Shown here piece after piece: positions 14,107 through 24,777 of a stretch of DNA of 64,000 nt. A program made the position numbers and the translations under genes. A model generated the notes under the pieces. That model was not told the origin of the DNA. It did no database searches and worked only from the letters and a program-made list of their open reading frames with translations. The first letter of the stretch is position 1; every line of letters begins with the position of its first letter. The stretch is taken from contig CP075492.1 of assembly GCA_021613535.1 (NCBI GenBank), positions 9,424,001 to 9,488,000 on the forward strand, given 5' to 3'. The stretch is from Adineta vaga (taxonomy: Eukaryota; Animalia; Rotifera).

Positions 14107-16872
14107 ATGAATTTTATTACAACAAATAACCATCAAAATGACTCGATGTATCCTGTTTCCTTATTACCAATATGTGTACGTTTTCGAACAGAAAAAATCT
14201 TTTCAACAAAGTAAGTTCATTTTTTTAAATTGATGTAGTACCATTTAGTTTCTCCATTTCTTCATCTTCGTTATTGTCCATTGGAATTTGACCATACTCT
14301 GTAAAATTGATGGCTTGTACCTGACGTTTACTAACTAAATAAGCTGGAACAGCTAGAATAAGGACGAGAAAAAGTGTAATAGCAATATGTAGAACAAAAT
14401 AATAGGCAATTAACATTGTTGTACGATGAACATCAGGATCTTTACTTCCATCATAATGTTCATGAAATGGACTATAGAGAAGAAAAGCTGTTGTGTAGAA
14501 CCATGAACCTTGTAAGACAGTAAAATAAGCTCGCATTAATGTTGGATAAAGTGTTTTTTCCTGTTGAGTTATTTCAAAAACACCACAGATAACAGTAGCA
14601 CAGATGGCCATGACGAGAAAAACATGAAGTTGAATTTCTACTGGATCACGAGCATGTCCATGAAAATAGAAGAGAAGAGCTTCAGATGAAAATGCCAAGC
14701 AACCTGCGACAACATCGAAATATTTTGGTAGAGGAAAACGATAATAAAGTAAAATTTCAATAATTCCAACCAAGAAAAACATGAAGTACATCGCAAAATG
14801 TTGTAAATTATTTGCTCCTTCATAATATGTAACATGACCCGTTTCAGGATCGACTACACGATTGAAACCTGCAATTAATTCAATTAAAATACCTAATGTT
14901 GTTCCAAATAAAACAAAGAATGCTTCAATAGGTAACTTAGCAACTCGCGGGCCACAGCAATGAAAAGAGAATGCTGTTGTAACATAAAATGGTCGTTGAC
15001 GTCGACGACAAACATAATATCGTAACCATGCTGAATAAATCCACCATAGACCGATGAGAATAAAAATTGAGCCAGGAACTAAATGTCCAACGAGACTTCC
15101 CATAATTCCTCTGAAGAAAAAAAATAAAAGAATGTACTTTTACGTCCCTCAACTTGTTGTAGAACAGAATAATATTTAAAAAGAAAAGAAAAAGCTACGT
15201 CACCCTTTGCTTGCTCGTTCAAAGTAATCATATGGCCCATACTTTACCTATTTGAGAAGAGAAAAAGAAAAACATGCGAATACTACGCTTGGTAAATTAC
15301 GAGATGTAAAAACGCTAGACGCAATTTTCTTTTTTTTTTCTCTTTCCTTTTCTTCTCCTTCCTTTTTTCCTACTAAACCTGTACGAGACTTGCACGTAAA
15401 GAATGATTCAGTCAAATAATAAAAAAATAATGTTAAAATTTTTTTTTCCTTTTCTCTACATAGAATTCGATATTTTGATACAATTATTCTCATACCTAAT
15501 CTGATCTTTTTGTTATTCCTTCTAATAAAATGGTTTTATACACGAGCAAAATTAAATTCAAGCAAGCCATTATTATTCAGTGTTTGTTGTCTAATTCTTA
15601 CTGTTTCATTTATCAATATTATACGATGTTTATTCTCAATGACATTTCCAGATCTCAAATCTCATATCAAAGGAATTATTCTAAAAGTAAAATTCAGTAT
15701 TCAAATACTTTTCATCATTTTTGTTTCTAGATCCTTTGGTTACTTGTTCGATTTATACTTTTATGTACAGAATTAAGTTTATTATTGTTTGGCATTTGTT
15801 TTGGTAAGTTTATTGATATAATTGAGATAGAGAAAAATTATGCTTTTCTATCTTAGGACGTTCCAATTCCAATCGACAATGGTTACAAACGGCAAGAATT
15901 CTTATTGTTTCTTCTCTATGCTCTTTAATTTATACGCTAATACAAGTAATAATCTTCTTCTTTTTTGTTCTGATCAAAATCTATTCAAATATTTGTTTTA
16001 CAGGGTGTACTAGAATTTCGTGGTGATGCTCGGCCAAGCAGTTTTCTTCTCTCAAATTATAATCTTTATTCCTATGGTGGAATGAAATTTCTTCTTATTT
16101 CCAGTGCACTTTTTCTTCTTGTAAGTTAGGAAAATCTTGTGCGTGATAATCTTATATCAGTTGATTTGTATTCTTAGATGTATATCATTATCTTCTTTTT
16201 ACCATTACTCTGTCGTCGACATCGTAAATATTTACCAAGTAAACGAGATTATTAATATTAATCATCATTTAACTTATTCTTTGTTATTTTAAAGTTCGTC
16301 GATCATTTTATTTCTACTGTCTTATTTTGGCATTTATAAATATGATTCAAGTTCTTGGTACAATTTTAAGTTTAACTGAAACAACGAAATATGCCATGTG
16401 GTAAGTTTTATCGATTAATTTGAGAAGATTGGGCAGACTTATTAATCTAAGCAGACATATGAACATTTTATTAGAAATCAATCTTGCAAGAAATCGTTTC
16501 TGATCGATTGATTGGATTATTGGTTGAGATTAATTTTTCTCTTTTTTTTTGTTGTAGTATTGTTGACGGAACAACATGCATATTTTATATTTGTTTTGCT
16601 CCATTTGTTTACCATCAATTTCTAAGACGAGCATTAAGGTAAATTGCTCTTTTGTTATTTCATTTACGAATTCGTTTCTTTTTTTTTGTTCAAGTTCTCA
16701 AACTCTTATCCCACAAGTTATGTATGCAGATTCTACGATCAATGAAAATGGTAGTGACGATGATGAACTTATTGATCCAGAGCTTGAATCAAATCGTCCT
16801 TTGATTGATTATTCAATTGATCATCTTGACGACATAATATCTACGACAACTGTCGGTGAAGTAATTTCATAA
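14107..16872 (+). CDS. TPRA1: Transmembrane protein adipocyte-associated 1 (TPRA1/GPR175), multi-exon; intron 1 is 14211-15463
   Basis: Exon 1 (14107-14210, MNFITT...ICVRFRTEKIFST) splices GTAAGT..TAG in frame to exon 2, giving KIRYFDTIILIPNLIFLLFLL. Later exons give RRSFYFYCLILAFINMIQVLG and CIVDGTTCIFYICFAPFVY, matching the TPRA1 pattern. Confidence 0.82.
14225..15103 (-). CDS. TMEM45: TMEM45 family (DUF716) multi-pass membrane protein, intronless CDS, nested in TPRA1 intron 1
   Basis: MGSLVGHLVPGSIFILIGLWW, NLQHFAMYFMF, EALLFYFHGH and RAYFTVLQGSWF are typical TMEM45 motifs. Confidence 0.9.
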   Translation of the reverse strand: MGSLVGHLVPGSIFILIGLWWIYSAWLRYYVCRRRQRPFYVTTAFSFHCCGPRVAKLPIEAFFVLFGTTLGILIELIAGFNRVVDPETGHVTYYEGANNLQHFAMYFMFFLVGIIEILLYYRFPLPKYFDVVAGCLAFSSEALLFYFHGHARDPVEIQLHVFLVMAICATVICGVFEITQQEKTLYPTLMRAYFTVLQGSWFYTTAFLLYSPFHEHYDGSKDPDVHRTTMLIAYYFVLHIAITLFLVLILAVPAYLVSKRQVQAINFTEYGQIPMDNNEDEEMEKLNGTTSI

Positions 16873-17071
16873 ATGAATCAAAAAAAAAGACGATTACATT
16901 ACCAAAAAAAAAGATGTATCTTTCTCTTCGTGTAAAATTTCTTTCTTTATTTTATATGTAAAGATCTGGTTTTCTTTTTGATTCTCAAAATCTTTTTTTT
17001 TCTCTCTTTTGTAAACAACAAAAAAATAATGTATTTGAAAATTTTTCTTTATTGGTTCAATGCTCATGTGT

Positions 17072-17495
17072 TTACAGTGGTGGTGCACAACAGAATTTAC
17101 GCGAACGAAATAACCATGTTGCAAAACCATTACTGTCATTTTGATCTTTGAAGAAAAATAGCTATGATTTTCATAGAACAAAGATAAAGTACAATGACCT
17201 ACCATTATCATTTCCATCTACTGCATTATTATAATCATAAACTTGGGCATCATGAACAGCGTGATGTCTTGCAAGGCGTGGTGATAACTGAAAAAAAAGG
17301 TTTACAAGAATAGAGTCACATCTTAACAGAAATAGTTTTTCTATGATTATAAGTTGAAGAAAATAATATGGAATTAATAATGAAAAATATTATTCTACTA
17401 ACCCATTTTGTCTTGCTCATGGATGGTGGATATGCATGAATTATTGCTAAACAAACGATGAGGAATAAAAGAAATCGTACAAAGCAAGAAGTCAT
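17072..17495 (-). CDS. Small secreted peptide precursor, 83 aa, 3 exons (17495-17403, 17287-17203, 17145-17072)
   Basis: Manual splicing with phase-consistent GT-AG introns gives MTSCFVRFLLFLIVCLAIIHA-YPPSMSKTKWLSPRLARHHAVHDAQVYDYNNAVDGNDNDQNDSNGFATWLFRSRKFCCAPPL*, with a hydrophobic signal peptide. Not present in the ORF track. Confidence 0.65.
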
Positions 17496-19190
17496 TATTT
17501 TGACTTGATAAGTTTAAGAGAAAGTCGGAATATTGGATTTAGTAATGTTGATGATGACTAGAATAAGAAGAACAAACGGAAGATTCATTAGCATGCAAAA
17601 AAGAAGAAAATGAAGGCTTAACGAGAATAAATCTTCTGATTTCTAAGAGAGAAAAATGGTTTTCTTTCTCTGTCTCTCTATGTTTTTGAGTTTCAACAAA
17701 TCGGACATGAAAACCATAGGAGATTCTTTAGCAAAATATGCATTTTCATTTTCTTTCTTTTTCTCTCTTCTCTCTCTCTCTCTGCTAATACTATTCTCGT
17801 TTTAGCAGACAAATCCTTCTTTTTCCTAATGTGCGTTGGCGAAAGCTCATTCTATTTTTTTTGTCTCTATTTCGATTACACTCATCAAATGTGTTCTTGC
17901 AGCTTCAAACATAATCTCCATGGATGACAATCGTATCGGCTCCGACGAACAATTGCCAAATACCAAGCTGATAAATTGGTTTGGAATATAATAGACAGTA
18001 ACATAGTACCAATCAGACTAAGATTGACGAAATATTCTATTCAGAAAAAAAAACAATTATAGCTTCCAATGACATTCATAATGATTGATTTTTTCAGTGA
18101 ATAGATATTCGAAACATATTGAAAGGCAATGTCGAAAATATCTAAAGATGATTTAGTACTTTTACTCACTAGAGAATAATAAATATTTTATAACTGAACT
18201 ATTCAGAAGACACATGTCATATTTCTTTATTTTTCGATGTGATACTATTGAAATTCTTTTATTAATATGAGAAACACTGTTTCATTTTTTAAACGGCCAA
18301 TACCACGAGTACAAGAACGTCGATAGTAACGGCAATATATTGACACTTGCTTAAGAGACAATTATTCTAATGTTTTTTTCAATTAGCATTGTTACATGGT
18401 GATTGTTCATCACATGATGGAATATTTCAAGATATGTAGAGTGCTTCGGAATGGCATTGTTGCGAATGGCATTCGATCTATGAAATTGAGTAGATATATA
18501 TATATATGTCATAGTGTTTTTTTTTCAATCATCAAAAATCAATCAGAAATAATTGGTAAAATAAGCACAGCCATAATTGATTCGAACTTATACGTATTTC
18601 GTCGTAGTTACAATTAGTATCGATGGGTTATTTAGTATGAAAAGCATCTTTAGAAAAATGTTTTAATCTAAATGTGCACTTCGACTTCGTGATGTTATAA
18701 TGAAGAATCCTGTTGAGATCACGGTGCATTATTGAAATCTGTTTAAAAGGACTCTAATAAAATAAGATCTGCAATTATAGCCTTTTAATACTTACAGCTT
18801 GAAAGTTTCATTCAATGGAAGTCATCCTGTGCACGTATTTTGAAAATACTTGATGATGATGATGATGTCAGAATGATATCTTTTAATTTGTTGAGATTGT
18901 CATATGTTTTTCTTTTTTAAGTTTTCAAAAAGAGAGACGCACGAAACAACAACAAAAAAACTTCCACCAGAACAAATCACGAAATGTCTAGAAGAAAGAA
19001 CAGACGACATACATAACATAAACCGGTCGAATAAACACAAATGAAAGTAAGACAAAGAGAAAAACAAAGATTTCATGTAGAATTCGCATAACTTCATTCT
19101 TTATATTTAAACGAATGTTACTCAAATTAACCTAGTTGAATCTGAGAAAAAGAATATCTTTGTTCTTTTTTTATTTTTGTGTAAAGTTGT

Positions 19191-20868
19191 TTAAGAATTT
19201 CCCGCACTGAGAATTTTAAAAAATCGAACAAATTTTGCCACAAAAAAGTTTATAATAAAATACCAAAGATTTCTTGCTGTTGGTCGTTTAGATATAAATA
19301 TTCTCCAAAGAAGAACAAGTATAATTGTGTTAAATGTCCATCGAATATTTCTCAAATTATTCAAATGTTTTTGTGCACCATTTAAACATTGAATATCTTC
19401 ATTTAAAACATAACGTTTTGTTCCAATTAAAAACGATTCAATATATGTTGGCCAATGTAATGCACGTATATCGAAATAAAACTCATTTGACATATTATTT
19501 TCAGTTAATAATTGCCTTAAAGAATTAACACTATCATATGAACATTGAATTTCACCTCGAATTGTAAATGATTCAAGTGCAAGAAGTGTTTGATGTAAAT
19601 TTTTATAGATATTAACTATATGTGGTTTACGACCAATACAACGTAAACCAATATCAGCAAGATAAGCCGGAATTAAATGAGAAAAGAAAACATATGAATC
19701 ATGTAATAAACTATGACTTGTTACAGATAGATTTGGCCGACGAAAAGCATGTTCATAGGGAATTCGTTTCGAATATTCTGTTAAATAATTACTCATTTCT
19801 TGCCAATGAAATGGATTTAAACCACTTGATGTACAATGATAAATTGTCATTTGATCAGTATTGTCTTCGAAAGATTTTTGCCAAGCAGCAGATATTAATA
19901 AATTCACAGGTATATCAACGGGAACGATATCGAGTATATCATGTGAATCACCTTTCATTGAACGTAAATAACCTCGACCAGCAGCAACAAATAGTTCACT
20001 TGGACCATTGGATTTTTCTACCCAACCAGGATACGGTTCTTTCCATGCTGCACCAATAATCGATACACGAACGATTGATAATGCTGGTAAATGTTTTTGT
20101 TCTTCGGAAAGAAGTGTTTCTGCAAGCCAATGAGAAAATGAAAATACATTTGGTTTTGGTCCAATTAATTTTGGTGTTGCTAATCCAACCATTTCTGTAT
20201 CCATCCAATCAAGTGTTTGAACTAATTTCTCAGGTTCAATAGAACATGGATAGATACATTCATCAATATATGGACAATCTAAATCACATTTTAAATAAAA
20301 ATTGATTTCAATCAAATCTAATCGTTCACTTACCAATATTTGCATATATAGATGATAGATAAACAATTGATTTCAATTTCGTACATGTTTTGAGAAAATT
20401 TAAATTACTTCTAAGATTCATCACATTGGTTTGAACCATGTCTTTTAAATTTTGTTCTTCAATATCAATGGAATTATTTGCCATATAGAAACATAGATCA
20501 ATTGTTTCTTGTAATTTTCTAGTTGATAAAATATCCGAGTGATTTTCTACTTGTTCAATATCATTAGTTTCATCATTAGATGATGAAAATAAAATGTTTA
20601 TATCAAATGGAAGAATTTTTTCTTGAAATTTCGCATTATTACATCGTACTCGTTCGAATAATTTCGTTGTATAGATTTCAGCAAATGTGTCTATTGGTGA
20701 AAGATGATGTTTCGACTTTGTTGTAGTTGTATCTATTGGACAATAGATTTTCTTAATAGTTGGACATGAACGTAAGAGTTTTTCAAGTAGAACTTTGCCT
20801 GGAAATGTTGTTGAACCAAAAATTAAAATATTCTTTTCGGCATAGAAATCGTTAATAGACGACGACAT
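19191..20868 (-). CDS. Fatty acyl-CoA reductase family protein (NAD_binding_4 + Sterile domain) with degenerate catalytic motifs, 2 exons
   Basis: GKVLLEKLLRSCP, IIGAAWKEPYPGW, DIVPVD and YHCTSSGLNPFHW. An intron near 20279-20333 joins YANI/DCPYIDE. Confidence 0.9.
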
Positions 20869-21137
20869 GATCGATTGAATATACTGAAATCTGAAAGAAA
20901 CAAAAAAAGTCGATTTCTCCTACACAATGAATGCACTTTGTTCGTTCTATTCGATGACAAATATCTTGTTATTTTTTTTTATGTTTGGTGTTGCTACCAT
21001 CCACCTTTCCTTCTTTCCTTCTCGTCACTGATTCGTACGTACATCGAGTTTATGTAACCAGTAGCTATAGAGAATGAAGAAAGAACAAAACACAGACGAA
21101 ATTTTCTTCTTTTTTTTTGATTTATTGAAAAAATCTC

Positions 21138-23398
21138 CTAAACAAGTTTCACATTATGAGCACTTTCTAATGAAGAATTCTTTTGAATGGTTCTTAAACG
21201 TTGTCGATCTTGCTTATTTAAATTACCATTACGATTCAATAGATCAAGTGCATCACTTAAACATTCATAACCGAATTCATTGATTGTTTCGATAATATCT
21301 AAAGCACGATCGATATAATTCTTTTTCGTAGCTAATGATAATAATGACATAAGACTTCGTTCATTCAATGGATTAATTAATGTATTTCGATTGGATAAAT
21401 AATATTCATATAATGACCAACTTGCTTCCCAATCATCTGCTGGTATTAACAAGGAGATTAGATTTGATAATAAATGTCCATCGTATTCAAATTTTTGTTG
21501 AAATGGTCGAAGTTGAGTTTTTCGTTGTTGATCAGCAGTTGTTTCTTGTTGTTGATTATCATTTGTATTATTCAATTGTTGTTCAGATTCTTCCGATTGT
21601 AAAGGAAATCGTTTTAAAACTTGACGTGCTATATTTGCATATTGTTTCATTTGTTCATCGGAAAGTTTCTCTTGAGTAGTTCGTACAAGTAAGAATAAAT
21701 ATCGATCGAGAATTCGACGATTATTTTGTCGATGATCAATAAAACCTAACATCAATAAATCTGACCAAAGACGAACATAATACTCTTTGATATTCCATGT
21801 TGAAATAAATTCAATCAGATCTTCGACAACATTCATCGATGGAGAATAGATATTCGGTACGGCAGATTCCCAAAGTGGTAGAACATGTTCGGGAATATCT
21901 ACGCGAAAAAGTAAACGAAATAAATTCGCATAATACATTTGTTCTTTGAATCCATCAGGAATAAATCGACTATTTGAACCCTTCATTAGAAAACGATGAA
22001 TACGTTTAGCTAGATAATAAAAGCAAAATTTTGAGTAGTAATCTATATTTTAGAATCAACAATTCTTGTTCTATTTTCTTACCTAGATCAATATCTCGAC
22101 AATTTACTGTTGCTTTAAACATTGCATTAAAAAAGAATTCACTATCATCAATATCTTTCCATTCGAATTGATTTCCATTTAATTCATATTGTTTTTCTAA
22201 TTCATCGATAATCTGTGGTAAAATTTGTGTTTCATATCCAAGTTGATCATTTGGATAGAATATCATGATCAGATGTGCCCATGAACCAAGTGATGGTTCA
22301 ATTCCACATTGTCGCATTTCATTTAAGAGTGCTAATGCTAATGCTGGACCACGTTCATAGGTTGAACAACGTCTTAATGTATAAAGTATTGAATTAAATG
22401 TACGTAGATTCGGTTGAATAGAATTTTGTTTCATTTCTTGTAAACAATCGAGAATAAATTGCCAACGCATATCATAGGATTCTTTTATATAAGAAGTTGA
22501 ACGTAAAAGATAATTATATGTTGTTAAATCAATTGGGATATTTGCTTGTTTCATTTCTTCAATAGTTGTCATTGCTTTTTCAATATGATTGTATTTAAGT
22601 AAACCACTAGCAAATGAATTATAAAGACGAGTTTTTTGTTCATTTGTTGCTGTTTGTTTTAATTCTTCAAACATTTGTTCAGCAAGACCATTCTCTTTCC
22701 ATGTTCGTTTGATTGAACCTTAAAATACCAAGAGATTCATAACCAATGACGATATACTGCGAAAATCAAATCATTTGTCCTATGTACTTGTTCTATCCTT
22801 AGTTTTCTTTTCTCTATCATATTTTACCTGCTTGATTTGTTTCAAATAAATCTCGTCTATACCAATCTTCTTCTGGTAATAAAGCTTCCATTGGATTGTC
22901 ACTATTGTAAATACATAGTAAATCGAATAATGCATATTTGCATGAATCTGCTATATCAATTTTATCTTCTAAACATTTTTTATAAATTTCATATGCTTTG
23001 GTAATTTTATTCCAATTCATTAATTTATATAAAGTTGTTTCATCGGGTTCGATGAATTCATTTTCATTAAATGTATAGTTAGGAAAATAAGATGGAATCG
23101 ATGGTGTAGCAACATCATGAAAAAATGCGTAAGAATATCGATCAATAATCCATCGTGCTGCTTTTTTACCTGATGCTTTTGATAATGCTAATTGTCGTTT
23201 TTCATGTGAAGATGTTGGGATTAGAAATGGATCATCCATGAATAGATAAGCAGGATTGCCACCATCTTGTTGAACACATGAATTCAATGATTCAAGAATA
23301 GCTGTTGATGAACGTTCGAGACGTTGAGGATAAGTAAAACTTGTCGCACGAGTTGCATTCGATGTTGAAGCAAAACGATGAAATACTCTTAATAACAT
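21138..23398 (-). CDS. PTCD3: Pentatricopeptide repeat protein PTCD3 / mitoribosomal mS39, multi-exon
   Basis: Mitochondrial presequence-like N-terminus, ERSSTAILESL...YLFMDDPFLIPTS...LALSKASGKKAARWI, and PPR repeats (PNLRTFNSIL, EMRQCGIEPSLGSW). Confidence 0.9.
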
Positions 23399-23509
23399 TC
23401 AATCAATTTCAAATTTTCCTATTTATCTGAAGAAAAAAAAGAGAAAGAAGAAAATAAATTTTTTTTTTTGAAAATCAAATCAAAATGTCTTTCGAAAAAA
23501 AAATTTCAT

Positions 23510-24625
23510 TTAATTACTCCAAAGAGCACCGCCAATTGAATTCATTTTTGCTCCAGTTACTGAAGCTAAAACATTCGGTCGCTTTTGTATACGTAATAGA
23601 CCAATGAATGCCATAATTAAAGCTTCTTTGAAATCGATAATATTCTTCTCGGGATATATCATTTCAATACCGAATTTGTCTCGAAGTCGATTTTGTAGAC
23701 ATTGAAATAAATATTTATTATGTGCACCACCACCTGTAATTAACATTTTACAATTCATATAAGTTGATTTGTCTTGCTTTTCTTTTTCAATCATCATTTC
23801 AATTGAATTACAGATTTGTTGAATAATATGTTCAACATATGTATGTAAAAGATCATTGATATTGTCTTTTTCCAATTCAATTAATGGATAAATAATATCC
23901 AAACCAAATGAATTCGATAATGATTTTGGATACAAAGTTTTATAATAATCCAATTGATTTAATTTATCCAATAGTATTTGATTAATCTTTCCAGTTGAAG
24001 CATATTGACCATCTTCATCATATTCTTTTTGAAGATATTGTTGAGTAAGCTTATTCAATATACGATTTGCAGGACATATATCAAATGCAATTTGATAATT
24101 TTGATCAGTTAAATTCGCAATTCCACCAATATTTAATAAGAGTCGATATTCATTAAATAAATATTTTTCACCAATTGGAACAATCGGTGCACCTTGACCA
24201 CCATATGCAACATCCATAGCACGTAAATCATTAACAACGACTAAACGAGTTTGTGCACTAATTGCAGCACCATCACCAATTTGTCCAGTCATTCGATTCC
24301 ATGGTTCATGAAAAACTGTATGACCATGTGATACAACAAGATCAATTTTTTCTACATCTAATTTATATTTAGCAAGAAAATCATTCACACATTCACCCAA
24401 ATAATGTCCGTATGATGTATGTAAAAGAAGATAAGATCGAGCATCTAATTCTGTAGCTGTCGATAATCTATTCATCCAATCAGATGAATAAGGTATCGTT
24501 TCAGCATGGACAATTTGAAATGTCCATGTTTCCGAAGGATGATTTTCAATCAAAGAAAAATCTACACAAGCAATATCAAGTCCATCTAATGAACTTCCAC
24601 TCATCAGACCAATTACACGTGGCAT
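23510..24625 (-). CDS. anmK: Anhydro-N-acetylmuramic acid kinase, intronless, bacterial type
   Basis: IGLMSGSSLDGLDIA, SHGHTVFH, QIGDGA, DLRAMDVAYGGQGAPIVP, LNIGGIAN, AFDICPAN, ITGGGAHN and KEALIMAFIG...NVLASVTGA. Likely ATG at 24625. Confidence 0.95.
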   Translation of the reverse strand: MPRVIGLMSGSSLDGLDIACVDFSLIENHPSETWTFQIVHAETIPYSSDWMNRLSTATELDARSYLLLHTSYGHYLGECVNDFLAKYKLDVEKIDLVVSHGHTVFHEPWNRMTGQIGDGAAISAQTRLVVVNDLRAMDVAYGGQGAPIVPIGEKYLFNEYRLLLNIGGIANLTDQNYQIAFDICPANRILNKLTQQYLQKEYDEDGQYASTGKINQILLDKLNQLDYYKTLYPKSLSNSFGLDIIYPLIELEKDNINDLLHTYVEHIIQQICNSIEMMIEKEKQDKSTYMNCKMLITGGGAHNKYLFQCLQNRLRDKFGIEMIYPEKNIIDFKEALIMAFIGLLRIQKRPNVLASVTGAKMNSIGGALWSN

Positions 24626-24777
24626 GACTTTTGTTTTTCTTTCTTTTCTAAGCAGCAAGGAATTTTATACCTGATCGTCTCACGTAACTAACAACCTAGA
24701 ATATTTCAATACGAGAATTAAACAGAAACAAAAGAGAGATAATAAAGATTTTAATGATGAAATTAAGAAAACAAATA

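Noticed and set aside
18795-18900. Minus-strand reading ...KYFQNTCTG-TGA-LPL resembling a CxxU selenoprotein motif
   Set aside because: Another in-frame TGA lies just upstream with no ATG or acceptor between them, and I recognised no SECIS element.
20279-20366. Overlapping FAR ORFs suggesting a frameshift
   Set aside because: Explained by a canonical GTAAGT..TTTAG intron; the same applies to the PTCD3, RUFY and BLTP1 ORF breaks.
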